Notes: a model not told the origin generated them from the letters alone. A stretch of DNA of 64,000 nucleotides from Nymphaea colorata (GCF_008831285.2 NC_045138.2:17112001-17176000); one strand, 5' to 3'. Counted from the stretch's first letter, positions 1 to 13,092 are shown. Numbers and translations: made by a program.

Positions 1-1070
1 TTATATACAATTTTTTATTCCTTCCTTCCATTTTAAAATACGTTTATTGCAAATCTTGATCCCTATTTTATATAAGAGGAAACAATGTTGCCCAGCATGT
101 GGAGACACATGACGTGAGAAGTCATTCGTCTTTTTTTCTTTTAAATTATTCATCGGTCCGGCCCCGCTTGGAAAATAAATATTAAAAGCTGACTTTTCTA
201 GAAATTCGTGCAAATATAAAGGGTACTTTTGTCATACGAAAAATATGGAAACCGAGCCTCAAGGCCCGTCAACGTCCTCCAAAATTTTAAAGGTCACCTT
301 TGCGAAACAAACCATGTTTTAAGTAAAATTTTCCCGAAAGGCACCCTGACCGATTTAGTTTTGCTAAAACGTGCTACAGTATCCCAAGTTGTACGTCGTA
401 AATAAATTCTCAAGGAAAATAATGTCATCTCGCAGTTTTCATTGAAAATGAAGAGAAATCGTACTCATCTTCTCATGGATGGGAAGGAGAGAAATTACTC
501 CCAAAGTTTTCTTTAATTTTGGATGCTTAAGGAGCATACTGTACTTGATCAAACTAACTTGATCATACTTGATCAAACTAAAGGTACGTATACAACAGGT
601 CTTTAGTTTGATTCTCGTAGATGTTATGCTTATGTGTCTTAAGATGATAAGACACGAGATCCAAGTTAAAGGGTGCATCGTTCTATCACTGACACTGGCG
701 CAATTTAAGACCTCGAAGGCAGGAAGAATGAGGGGCCTTCGAGGTTGCTTCGGGCGATGGAATGATCTTCTCACTCACCCAAATTTCGGATGACAATTTG
801 TACAGATTGAAAAAAAGATTTCACCGTAGGTTGTATGCTTTCGATGGCATTCAAAAAATGAATAGAAATTGATATCACAATGAAACATCGACATGGGGAT
901 CGAGTTTCAAAAAAACATTTTGTGTAAATAGTTGTTGAAAATTCGTGAACTTGGTGGATGAAGATATTATTCAATCCATAGTTATAAATAAGAATCTTTA
1001 AGGTCAATGCTTATATTTTGATATAATAGCATAAGCAATATCATTTAAACTAAGCTCGAGTTTTCAGTTA

Positions 1071-3823
1071 GGGCCCGTTTGATGCAGTAGTGGAAGAATT
1101 TAACATGATAAAATTATCATGGTAATTTTTTTTGAAAAAATTTACATAGTATCTTCCAATCTAAGACCCTGTTTGATGACATGATAGAATTTAACGTGGT
1201 ATAATTAACCATGTTTGTGCAAGTAAAATTAACCATGTTTGATGCATATGGTGTTAGTAGTAGTTGGTTTTTTTTTTTCTTTTCCTCCCCAATTTAACGT
1301 GAAAAGAAAATGAAAAATGATCTTCTAAAACAACAAAATGCTGATGTCAAATTTGAAACCAAAACATCATTTTTAACATTGAAATTAGTAGAATTTGAAT
1401 TCCTAAGTTTACCACGACAACAGTAGGTTCCATCCATTCGACCCAAGATAAAAATGGGTTTGCATTGGTTGCAAAGTTAATTAGTGTGAAGATAACTGAT
1501 TTGGAGATCCTCCTCTCAATAAAACGATTATATAGTTTACTTCAAAACAAGCACTGCCCGTTCAACAGAAGCTATTGAATGCTGGTCTTTTTTATGGATT
1601 CAAGTTTACTTTGCTTTATGACAATGTGAAGCGAGGATTGGCTACTAAATGAGATCAACGAACCAAATGTCTGTGTGCATGTGTGTTGCCTATGCTTGGC
1701 CGATAATTTCTTAGTACCATAGCATTGAAGAATGTACAACTAATTATCAATTAACAAAATTAAATTACACCACATTAGTAATTAAATGTTGTTGGTATTG
1801 AAGGCCTGTGTATGAAAAATAGCAAAGAGGAAAGATCAGTTTTTGATGGTTTGCGTCAGTGGCGGAGCCAAAAAATTTTTGCTATGGGGCACTATGAAAA
1901 AAATCTCAAACTAAAATATATGTTATTTTAAAATACATAAAAGTTGAAAAGCATTTTCAAGGACATGAGAGCTTTCTTCCAAAAAAACTAACTTTTCTAT
2001 TACTTTAAACTTAAAATTTTATTTTTTTTTTTACTACTAAATTTCATGGTAACTAGTACATTGGATCTAATTTCAGCACTCTAGTACATGAAAGTAATTT
2101 TCATATCTCTTTCTTCTTCATCAAATCATAGACAAATTTTCTGTTGCAAGGAATCAAGACTAAGCCTATTGTAGACAACTTTTCTGTTACATTGGATCAA
2201 ATTTTCTTCATCAAATCATATTTTCTTTCTTCTTCAATAATGCTCGGTAATGCCCAAGCTTGAGCTGCAAGCCTATTATGAGAGGGACAAATTTGAGCTT
2301 CCCCACACTGGTATGCATCCAACGTTTGTCTCTTTGCCTGATCATCTTGAAGGCTATTTCAAACCAACTTTGTAATCCTTCATTAGTAAAAGAAATCTTC
2401 ATTAAGCATGTTCTTGTACAACTTTAATATTGGTGTGACGAACTGCTGCACTTGCTTTATCAAGTGTAAGGTCTCAGCTTGACTAAAGGCTAAAGCTCAT
2501 CCCTTGTCTCCACACGAACAAAGCAAAAACAAAAACGAAAACAACACGAACAAAGCAAAAACAAAAACGAAAACAACAAAAACCATGTAGTGTTCAACTT
2601 CAATCTCATTTCAGAAAACAAAAATGAAAGAAACAACAAACAAAAAACGCCAGTAATATGGAATTTAAATTGCACACAAACGAGAGAGAACAAGTCAAGT
2701 GGAGAAACTCTGCTTCTGGCATCATCCACCTTAGAGATAGAGAGCACATTTCAGTTGAGGGGAATTAGCAGATTTAGGGCTAACGAGATGCAGACAAAAT
2801 AAAAAATAAATCAAACAAATAGACATTAAACGCCCAGAACCAAACACCCAAAATCGCTGTAGGGCTGAAAGATGTGGGGGGAAGAACTGAGAAGGGGAAG
2901 AGCCAACCTGTGGTGGAGGGGGGAAGGCCGAAGGGAGGAGCAGAGTCAGCAGACCTGCTGCTGCCGGAGCTCTGTCCTGGGGCTGTAGAGGGGAGAAGAT
3001 CCAAGCAAACTTGCTGATAGCCTAATGTTGGAGCTGCGGAGAATTGCTGCGGCAACGAAACGAAAGAGCGTGCAAGATGCACAGATTGGGACCGGATCCA
3101 TTTTTGGCGTGGGCAACACACGTCAACAGGGGCATGAGGCAGACTGTGGCTCCATTTCACTGTGGAGCTTTCTTGCGGTGGCGTGGGCAGGCGCCCACGC
3201 TTGCCCCACGTTGGCTCTGCTACTGGTTTGCGTGTGACAGAGCGACATGTAGAGGTGCATAAGGCGCACCTGGGGCTGCAATCGGGCGACGTAGGAGACA
3301 CACTGAGAGAGAAGGAGACGCAGAGGAAACACAACAAGAGAAGAGGAGACGCAGCGACAGAGGAGAGACCTGTGCAGTAGCAAAGGTGAGGAACAAAAGC
3401 GCAACAGAGTAGGAGACATGGAGACAGAAGGAGACGCAGACCTGTGCAACGAGAGAGGAGGAGAAGACCGTCGAGTGTGAGGGAGGAGGACAAGCAGACC
3501 TGTGGAGTGCAGCGAGAGAGGAGCCCTTCCGTCGACCGCGAAGAAGGAGGAGACACAGTGAGGTGTAGCGAGAGAGAAGAGGGGAAAAGATGGGCGTTCA
3601 CTGAAAAAGAGGAGAGAAATTGAGAGCCCTAACGGCTCTCAATTTTGTCTGTGCCAAAAAGTCGGTCTTGTGAGGACTGAGTTTTTCACAAGCAAAATTT
3701 CACCCGATGGCAATAAACATTTCAGGTGAAATTTTTAAGCGTTTGTTGCGAAGAACGGTGAACGGATGAAATTTCATTCTCTCGTAGATGCACAGGATTT
3801 TTTCCTCTGCATCAAACGGGCCC
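1071..3823. mobile_element. Non-autonomous PIF/Harbinger (Tourist-like) DNA transposon, 2753 bp
   Basis: Terminal inverted repeats GGGCCCGTTTGATGCAG (1071-1087) and CTGCATCAAACGGGCCC (3807-3823), flanked by TTA on both sides (1068-1070, 3824-3826). A 3-bp TTA target-site duplication is characteristic of PIF/Harbinger. No intact transposase ORF inside. Confidence 0.85.
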
Positions 3824-5196
3824 TTAAGCTTGAGCTCAACTCATATAGTCAAGCCTAGCGGAGTGAGTTCAAGTCAAGCTCGAGCTAGTTGTATAGTCAT
3901 GCCTATTGTTTTATCCAATAATTCATTCTCTTCGTAGGCCCACACCATTTCAGAATTTTACCATTTCATCTGGTCTCCCTCCAGGGTTGACAGAGGCCAT
4001 GGCCCCTTTACATTAAAAAAAAAAAGTCAAAATTTTACTTGTAAATTTTAAAAATTTTAGTTTAACCCTATATATAAAATTTAAGATTGACGATTATTAA
4101 AATTTTGAAACTATAGTTCGGCTTACGACAAAGAAATTCTTAACTCTACCCTTGCTTGCAGCTATACCTCAGCTTTAGGAGTTCCCTTAGCAGCCAATCT
4201 GTTCACACTGCACAGTATCAACGGTGCAAAATCTCATTTTATTAATGGCAATAGTCTATAGAAGTAAAGCATGGGTAACTTTCTGGTTTGCTTGCTCACA
4301 ACATCTCAGATGAAGGAAATGGATTTGCTGCAAGAATTTTAAGTGCATCATCAATAACCAACCATTTTCTTAATAATCGGCAAATAACAAAAACTAACGG
4401 GCAAGCAAATTAACCTGCAAAATCTTTGTTGTATCATTTTTCTCCTTATTTATAGAATTTCAATTTGAAATCCAAATTCAAATTGCAAGATAGGTGGGAC
4501 TCAAAGTACAAGTGTGGCAGTTAATCAACAATTTTCGCGGTGAAATTTTTTCACCGCTGTAAAATCAACAACAGTGGCATTCTACCGAAAATGCCAGTAA
4601 ACCATCTATTAATTTATTGCTGCTTTTTAGTAACGTCGCTGAAGATCGTCTTTTGCCGGTCTTCAGCAGAATGAGTTGTGTCCGCTGTTTTATGAGTGTG
4701 CAACTTACATACTCAGTAAAAGAAAGGGGATATTTGCGTAACTTTAAAAAAAAACATGTCTTTTATATTCAATTCACTTTTTTTTTTTCATTTCTATCTT
4801 GTAAAAAAGTTGTCTTTTTCTACGTGAACAAGAGTACTCTTGTTATTAACCAATATGGGGCACATAACCAGGTGTTGGCCTTCAGCGGCTTTTTTTTTAG
4901 GACTTCACTGAAGGGCTCGGTCAGTAGTGAATTTCTTTGAAAATGTCAATAAAGTTTCTCTTATTTTTGCTTCTTTAGTTATGTTCCTCGTCACTAAATG
5001 TCATTAACGACAGTGGGATGCGTTACTAAAAGTGCATATTCAAATTTCTTACCTGACCTTCCTTTCATCAACCTTTCAGTGATGTGAAAACTTTACATTA
5101 GTAAACCTTTGGCAGCTCTCCCCTTTCAAAACTCTCTCTTTCTTCTTTTTTCCCACCCATGCCGTAGCTCACCCCCTAGGCTTTCTCTATCTCTCT

Positions 5197-5233
<37 letters not shown>

Positions 5234-5809
5234 CATATGGCTATTTTTTCACGTTTTCCCTCTTGCTTTTATTTTTGTCTATTTTTTTTTCTTGTTAACT
5301 TCTTTTTTTGCTGTTTTTTTCTTTTCCGTTGTTAAAGCTACCGGGTAAGCAATCTAATATTCTAATTAGACCTAGAACCCCTCTACTGAGAAGAATGGCT
5401 CTCTAAGTTCCGTTTTGCTAATAATCTAAGGGACGTAGAGCGGTGAAACTTTCACCGGTACAGGTCTCTCACTTTCAATGATGCATATGTGGATCAGTAA
5501 AAAAAAAGATAAAAACATTTTAGTGACACAAAGTCATGACAGTAAAAGTATGGAAACTTTGGGGATGCGAATTTCGCGTAGGCAAAAGAGAACATTATAA
5601 ATCACGTCAAAACTGGTATTCTACGACGCGAAATTCAGTCCCCAAGCAGGTCCAAGCGGAGCTCGGTGATTATACGTATGGATTGCTCCTTTGCGTCGTT
5701 GAATTTGAACCCATGACCAGCTGAGCTGCCTGCTGGTTATGTTGTTCATGGAATTTCATAAATCCTAGTTTTTGCTCTAAAATCTTCTCTAAAAAGAAGA
5801 TGTTACAAA

Positions 5810-6675
5810 TAATCAGTATTTAGGTGGAATCAAAATATTACTACTACCCTCTTTGTTTCATGATCTTTCTTGTATTTACAGATTGCTATTGAATATATGG
5901 TGAATGAATCAAATTAAGGAATAATAGGTAACAAATCTATACAAAAATGAAGCTTGATTTGTTGGTATCCATAATTGCTTCTTTTGGATTTATTACATTA
6001 CAATCATACCGTACCTGCAGTTTCTAGATTCAATCAATTTCTCCACTATAAATTGGATTGCTAACCTCTCTCTATGTATCAGAGTTTGCTTTTCTTGCTT
6101 TTATCATATGTAAAAGCTGCCCTTCAGCATGTGGTTCCGAGAAACCTACTGAGCTAGGTACTTCAGTTTGATTCGCTTCCAATGGTATTCATGAGAATTG
6201 AAAATATAGTTATATGAATGTTTCTCTAATTCCTCAACATGAACGCACTTATATATGCGTGTTATACTGTTTATTCAAATTATTCATTGTCTGCAAGCTA
6301 AAACATGTTATGACACGAATACTTTCACCTTCAAGGTCCATCACCTTGATTAAGTGAACAAGTTTTTCTACATTGTCACGTTTTTTTTACTAAGATTTTT
6401 TTGCTAAATTCTTGACATGACATGAATATTTTAAATTAAAAAGTTTTGCTACATTGTCATATTTTTTTACCAAGAATTTTTTGCTAAATTCTTGACATGA
6501 CATGAATATTTTCATTCCCCAAGGTCCATCACCTTAATTAAATTAACAAGGTTTGCTACATTGTCATATTTTTTTACTGGAAGGACACCATTTCCAGTTA
6601 TAGATTAAAAAAGAAAGCTATTTTTTACTTTCAAAGTTGTAGCTTTCATATCAAAATTTTTTCACCGAGAAGCAG
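5810..6675 (+). promoter_or_regulatory. Putative Pol II promoter / non-coding exon 1 / intron module preceding hairpin A1
   Basis: TATAAAT at 6047-6053 within CAATTTCTCCACTATAAAT, which is identical at 45746-45764. Donor-like AG|GTACTT at 6158; acceptor-like TTGTAG (6637-6642) and AAGCAG|G (6675). Collinear homology with 45540-46189. Confidence 0.5.
6310..6580. repeat. Degenerate ~80-bp tandem repeat (about 3 units)
   Basis: TTGCTAAATTCTTGACATGACATGAATATTTT at 6401 and 6481 (period 80). CTACATTGTCA occurs three times. Confidence 0.8.
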
Positions 6676-6721
6676 GAGCGGAAAATCGGATGAGAGCTGC
6701 AGTGGACAAAGACGGAGAAGG

Positions 6722-7334
6722 GTGTGCGGATGATGAAGCCGGCCATAGCGGCTTTGTCCGACGCATGCATTGCCAAACACATTCAATTCCAGCTCCGTGA
6801 ATCTCTCGCTCTGGTTGTTCAGAGCCAATACAGCCAAGATTTAGTACGTTAAAATTCCAAAGAAAATCATGTGGATTTTTTTTTTTGCTTCGTTTACAGT
6901 TGCTATTATAGTTAAGCCTTGTTATAAAAAGAAAACAGTATACATTAATTTGAACAATATATGCGGATGATGAAAGTCAAATTCTGCCTCAGAGATGTAA
7001 AATGCTTATATTGTATATAAACTGAATCAATTACATTAATGTGTATAAAACGAAGCATTTTACATCTCAACGGCGAAGAGAGTGAGATCATTACAAGAGG
7101 AATAAAACTTTGACTCTCTTCATCTTCATGTATTATTTAAATTAATATATATTCTTTTCTATTCATAGCAAGGCTTAAGCAAAATAGCAACTCTAAATGA
7201 AGCAAAAAAAAAAACCACCGGATTATTTTCAAGAATTTTAACAAGAGCAAGAGATTCCGGGCACTGGAATTGAATGTGTTTGGCAATGAACGCATCGGAT
7301 CAAGCAGCCATGGCCGGGTTCGTGTTCCGCGCAC
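6722..7334 (+). ncRNA. Long imperfect inverted repeat A1 (~610 bp), candidate hairpin-RNA precursor
   Basis: Outer arms CCGGCCATAGCGGCTTTGTCCG..CATTGCCAAACACATTCAATTCCAG pair with CTGGAATTGAATGTGTTTGGCAATG..GCAGCCATGGCCGG. Inner GAGATGTAAAATGCTT (6992-7007) pairs with AAGCATTTTACATCTC (7053-7068). The fold-back is directly visible; transcription is inferred. Confidence 0.5.
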
Positions 7335-7920
7335 TAGTCATTGTCCTATTATGATTCTCCGACCAGTTGCCTCCAGAGAATTGACAAAGAATATTAAACA
7401 CCAAAGAAATAGCAAATGAATGATCGAAATAATGATCTTAACCCATTTCACATCTTCAATACATGGGTTTGGGATAGAGGAACTCCCTTAACTGAATTTG
7501 CATCCCTTCCATAAGCTTTTACTTGCTTCTTCATTCAAGTCAGACCACATGAGATAAATCATACCATTACAATGGCATAATCATGGCTCATTTTAAGCCA
7601 ACAAGATTCCAACTTCGTTCATGATTTCTCTTGTAAATGTAAAAAGTAGATGATTGTAATCTTATCTCTATAATTCCAACTTCGTTCATTTGTATCTAAA
7701 AAGGTTAAAAGAAGTCTCATTTTTTAGACTGGTTTGAGTTTTACTTGGCATCTTCTGAAAAGGCGTGTATGTTTTCAATTTAGTTGGGCCAATATGAGCA
7801 TGTATTCTGCTCGGCTCTAGTAGCTTAGCACGTAAAAGGAAAGGTCTCTAATTCAAATCCTGTTAGGACTATGGCTCTATGTCTCAAGTGGTGGAGTATG
7901 ATACCTTAGTCAAAGATGCA

Positions 7921-8470
7921 CCATTGCCACTATCGCTCTGGTTGTTCAGTGTCAATGCAACCAAGATTTAGTACGTTAAAATTCCAGAAACAATCATGTG
8001 GATCTTTTTTTTTTTTTTTTTGCTTCGTTTAGAGTTGCCGTTCTAGTTAAGCCTTGCTATAAATGGAAAACAACGTATAGTAATTTAAATAATATATGCA
8101 GATGAAGAGAGTCAAAGTTTTATTCTTGGTGTAATAATCTCACTCTCTCTGTCGCTGAGACGTAAAATGCTTCATACATTGACATAAACCGAACTGATTA
8201 CTTTAATGTGTAGAAAGTACAGAGTGGGATGGTTACAAGAAGGATGAAACTTCGACTCTCTTCATCATCTGCATATGTTATTTAAATTAATGTATATTAT
8301 TTTCTATTTATAACTAGGCTTGAGCAAACTCTGAATGAAGCAAAAAAAAAAAAAAAAAAATTCCACAGGATTTTGTCGGGAAACTTATCGTCCTGAATCT
8401 TGGTGGCATTGGCACTCAACATCCAGAGCAAGAGATTCCTGGCATTGGAATTGAATTTGTTTGGCAATGA
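7921..8470 (+). repeat. Long inverted repeat A2 (paralog of A1, left arm 5'-truncated)
   Basis: ATCGCTCTGGTTGTTCAGTGTCAATGCAACCAAGATT pairs with AATCTTGGTGGCATTGGCACTCAACATCCAGAGC. GATGAAGAGAGTCAAAGTTT pairs with AAACTTCGACTCTCTTCATC. Confidence 0.8.
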
Positions 8471-10044
8471 AGGCATCGAACCAAGCTGCCATTGAATATG
8501 TTTGGGTTCTTCGGCTCCTACACAAATTTGGAAAATACCATTCGCTCTCAACCCAAACCAAATATTTCGGCTCCGCTTTCTGAGTGTGTTCATACAGTAC
8601 TCATGAAAGAAGAGCTATCTGGCACTATTATTTCCGTCAGCCTCGTCGGCATTTCTTTGTCTTTCCCCTCCGGCGCTTCAAAGCACAACTTTGATCACAG
8701 GCAAAATCATTTAAGAGGGGCGGAGAGAATACTGGAAGGCGGAAGAATGTCACAACTCTTCAATACATAAATGAAGTTACAGTATCCTATGATTGAGTAG
8801 GTGAAAGATGAAAAGGAACAATAAATTTATTCCGCAAAATTAAACACCAAGAAAACATGAGAAAAAAAAGTAAGAATTGACGATTCGACAATAAAATAGC
8901 CAGTGGGTCATACTGAACTGACCAATTCAGGAATTCCCACACGCCTGAAGAACATGGTCCTCTTATCATTTTATGGTGGTGTACATTAATACGCAATTAT
9001 GGACATTCTCTTATTATTTCATTGCTTAAAATTTGTCAAAAGATTTTCATATATAACACATCAACAACAGAAATATTTCCAATACAACGTAATTTGATTT
9101 CCTGCAGCATTACTTTGTGAAATGATTCACCTCCAACTCTGATGTTGATAACATAGGTAGAGTCATCGATTCTCCTACTCCCTACATCCAACTTTCTAAA
9201 CCCTTGCTTTTTCTGCTCCATCAATGGGAGGAACCAAGCTCCAGTAGAGCCAAATTTATAAACATCGAGGGGTACCGTTCCCACACAAAAAAAGCAGGTT
9301 GACAGAAAAAATGTTGAACTTATTTAGACTTTTGACTAGTTTTAGTCGGTTTTCTTTCTATCATTTACCTCGAGTGAATGTTCTGTTAAGTTTAGACAAC
9401 GCCGAAATTCAACATTGGAACATTGTGTGGCCGGATAATTTTCAAGCTCAGTTGGACATTTTTTCTCCCGTTTCTTATTCTGCCTGTTTACTGATCAGAA
9501 ACCGACCAACTGCGGAGAAACGAAAGAAGAAACTAACCAACTGAGCTTGAAGCCTCCCACGGGCCATCCCTTCCTCTTTCGGCGACATCTTTGTGGTCGT
9601 TCCTACAAGAATTTCAACATTGATAAGCCTACATAAAAATGAGGATGATCTATTCTTTTGTACCCATAATTGAAGGTGAAGATCAGAGCGTTTATATACA
9701 TCATACACAATGTAGTCTACATTTTAAAATGTTTTAAATTTTTTTCTTATTTTTCAATTATTTTTTAATTTAGCAGATTTTCGTAATTGCAAAAGGTAAA
9801 ATGAGAACCCAAATAACGGATTTTGACTTTAAGATCCTTATTTGTTGAACCATGAATTTAAGATCTACCTTTTGCCACATCAATCACTAAGAGCACATGT
9901 ATGTTCTACGTCAAACCCATGAATCTAAAACCTAAAGCAAAAAAATTACTCTTCTAGTTTATGGAACGCTTGTGTCATGACATTTTCATTTTGCCTTTAC
10001 TTGTTTCCTTTTGTTTGGTAGGGAAGCTCTTTGGTCTTTCCAAG

Positions 10045-10916
10045 TACGGCTGCACAAGGAGCCCAACGACTTCAGGCTTGACTCAAGGTCGCTCATAAAA
10101 ACTAGGCTTGAGCTCCACTAATTTATAAAAAGAAAAAAGGTCAAACTCGAGATTAAATTTATGTTTGAAATGTTAAACAAGTTGACTTTGATTGTAGAAC
10201 TCAACTTGTTTAAACTCCCGCTCGATTGCATAAATGCATCATGAATAAGTGATTTTATGTTACTAAGTTTTTCTTTATAGGATATTTGGATGTAGAATAT
10301 GTGCATTCTTTCTTTGGATTTTATGTTACATAGTTGCTTATAGTTGAATTAGTTCAAAAAAAAAAAAGAGGTAAGAGAGTGAAGCCAGAGCTCAATGATT
10401 TATCATCGAGACGAGCTCAACCTCGAGTTTTTTGAGTCCCATTTTGAAACACCCAAAGACTCAGTTTGTGCTTGGGCTAGAACACTAAACGATCATTGTT
10501 CCTTGTAGCAAGCTCGAGCTCGACTCAGTTACACAAAATCAAGCTCGAACTCAACTCTTTTAACCCATAACAAGCTCGACTCGACTACACAAAATCAAGC
10601 TTGAACTTGACTTGTTTAACTCATTTAACTTGTTTTGGCATTAACTCGTGTAAGTGTTTAACTCATGTAGCTTGTGAAAATTTGCTTTTATCCTCCAAGT
10701 TAAAACCGGTGAATCAATTTTGCCAATATTATATAAAGTACCGGTTTGCAAGTAGAGTTGAGCATAAACAAGTCGACCTCTTGAAACTCTAACTCAACTC
10801 GTTTATCGTTTCGAGTAACTTTGTAAGCTCGAATATAAACGAGTCGAGTATGAGCCGAGTTTTTTCGATCAAGTTCGAGTCGAACACGAGTTGACACAGC
10901 TCGTTGTGCAGCCCGA
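10045..10916. mobile_element. hAT-like non-autonomous element with (A/G)GCTCGA subterminal repeats
   Basis: Ends TACGGCTGCACAA and TTGTGCAGCCCGA (consensus TAGGGCTGCACAA), with dense AGCTCG/ACTCGA motifs. Related copies at 15379-16347, 55170-55340, 52280-52440 and 59380-59470. Confidence 0.6.
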
Positions 10917-12197
10917 CAAATTAATTGCAGATATGGGTTTCCAATTGAGTCAAATTGTGACTCCACTTGACGACTTATAAGTCACCCGTCTCATTTTCCA
11001 GACCTTCAAAGCATAGGACTTTTTGACTTCAAATTCAAATCCCCAGTTATTAAGCCAGCCAGAACCATGGAATTCTTATCTTAGAGAGACAAATGAACAA
11101 TGGGAAAAATGTGACACTTTGAATTATTCAATTATCATGTGGAACAAACACTTTGAATTGTTCAATCGTCATGTGCAAAACGCACCCACTCTCTATTCCA
11201 ATGGAAATGGTTTTTTCCATATAAGATGCCTCAAGTCATGTTGGCATTTTGGAGTTCAATTTCATATTGACAGCTAATTTATTTGCCAATCAACATCTGC
11301 GTTGCTTGCTTTCGTTGAAAAGTTCAAATTTTCCAATCAAATATTTGTCTACACGCACAAGAAAATAACATCAAAATTTTTGGTGTATATAAGATTTTTG
11401 ATATATGTGAAAAAGGGAGTATGAAAAGTCCACAGATCCATGATAAAGCAGTGTATGAGGAATATGTATCGATTTGAAAACTTAACCAACATTGGGGTTT
11501 GGACAGTTCAAATTCTCCAATCAATGCTTATCCGCAGGCAGAACAAAAAGAACGTCAAAAAGTTGTGATATATATAAGATTTTTCATATAGGAGAAAAAA
11601 GGAGTACGAAAAGTCAAGAGAGCAATTATAAACCAGTATGAAGAATATGAATCGATTTGAAAACTAAAAGATCAGAGCTTGGAGAAAACATGGCGTCCGC
11701 AAAATTCAGAAACCATGCTCTGTTAGTACCTTCAAAAATCATATGTTCTTCAAAAACAAGGAAAAACAGATGCATGAATGGAAAAGGCACAAAAAGCATC
11801 AACGTTAAAACTGAAATTTTTTTTCAAAAAATATGAGAAACCGCTTCACTGGTGTAGAATACCTGGTCAGGCACGAGAAAGATAGAAAGGACGTACTTTG
11901 TTTGATTTATGTGATGTTATTATTTTAAATGATAAAAATTACAATTAAGCGTGTGCATCGGACCGGCGTGGCCCAAAGCCTTTGGTAGTAGCCCAAACCT
12001 GACCCACTTAGCAACTTTATATCTGCTAAATAATCAAGTTCGTTGCCTACCGTGATTTGAAACTCTTAACATTTTATTTTTTTTAATATCTCAAAAACAC
12101 ACAATCGATATATCAAGTGTTTTGAAAAGAGTCATCAGCACTCACAAAATGTTTTTAAGAAAGTCATTGTTATTGCACTAAAAGTTTGTATGCCAAC

Positions 12198-12198
<1 letters not shown>

Positions 12199-12240
<42 letters not shown>
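12199..12240. repeat. (AT)n microsatellite
   Basis: About 20 TA units; another (AT)n at ~5200-5229. Confidence 0.95.
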
Positions 12241-12243
<3 letters not shown>

Positions 12244-13092
12244 ATGTTGGCATAAGAGATGACTTTTAAATACATATATCGAGTTGAATCAAACCTCCAA
12301 TACCCAATCTGGCCTGACAAGTTTTTTTTTATCAGACCATTCCAAATGTCAAATAGCCAGTTCCAAGCCTGGCCCGTGATGAGCCGGGTACCTTACTAAC
12401 CATGGAGTACAGGAGCGTAGCCCACCCTTAAGTGTAATATTTTAATTAACAGGTATGCAAACGAAGAGCCCGACAAAAGGGGAATGGTAAAAGTATCAAA
12501 ACTTTGGGGATGCGAATTTCACGTAAGCAAAAGCAAAAAAATATAAATGAAGTCAAAACTGGTTTTCTTCTGTGATGCGAAATATGTGTAGTTAGATTTG
12601 AACCCATGACCAGCTGCCTGCTCATTATGTTATTCATGGAATTTCATAAATGCTTGGTTTTGCTCTCAAATCTTCTCTAAAAAGAAGATGTTGCAAACAA
12701 TCAATATTTAGGTGGAATCCAAATATAACTACTTAACCCTTTGTTTCATGATCTTTCTTGTATTTACAGATTGTTATTGAATATATGGTGAATGAATCAA
12801 ATTAAGGAATGATAGGTAACACTGACAAAGAATATTAAACACCAAGGAAATAGCAAATGAATGATCGAAATAATGATCTTAACCCATTTCACATCTTCAA
12901 TACATGGGTTTGGGTTAGAGGAACTCCTTTAACTGAATTTGCATCCATTCCAAAAACTTTTACTTGATTCTTCATTCAAGTCAGACCACATGAGATAATG
13001 GCTAATGGCTTCCAATGATATTCATGGTATTTGAAATCATAGTTTATACGAATGCTTCTCCCAATAACAGTTTAAGCATAGAATACTGTTAT

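Larger units (their letters stand above)
5542..12431. repeat. Tandem segmental duplication, unit 1 (~6.9 kb)
   Basis: Collinear high similarity to 12487-18001. Matching anchors: GTAAAAGTA..AAACTTTGGGGATGCGAATTTC (5542 vs 12487), GCCAGAACCATGGAATTCTTATCTTAGAGAGACAAATG (~11058 vs ~16506) and CCCACCCTTAA (12421 vs 17991). Confidence 0.9.

Noticed and set aside
2780..3601. 273-aa ORF on the minus strand
   Set aside because: Low-complexity L/S/C translation of a GA-rich tract inside a non-autonomous transposon, with a non-ATG start.
7071..8157. miR156-like words in the A hairpins (GAAGAGAGTGAG at ~7075; CTCACTCTCTCTGTCG at ~8139)
   Set aside because: Only a partial match to UGACAGAAGAGAGUGAGCAC, and not conserved in copy A3, unlike true MIR156 loci.
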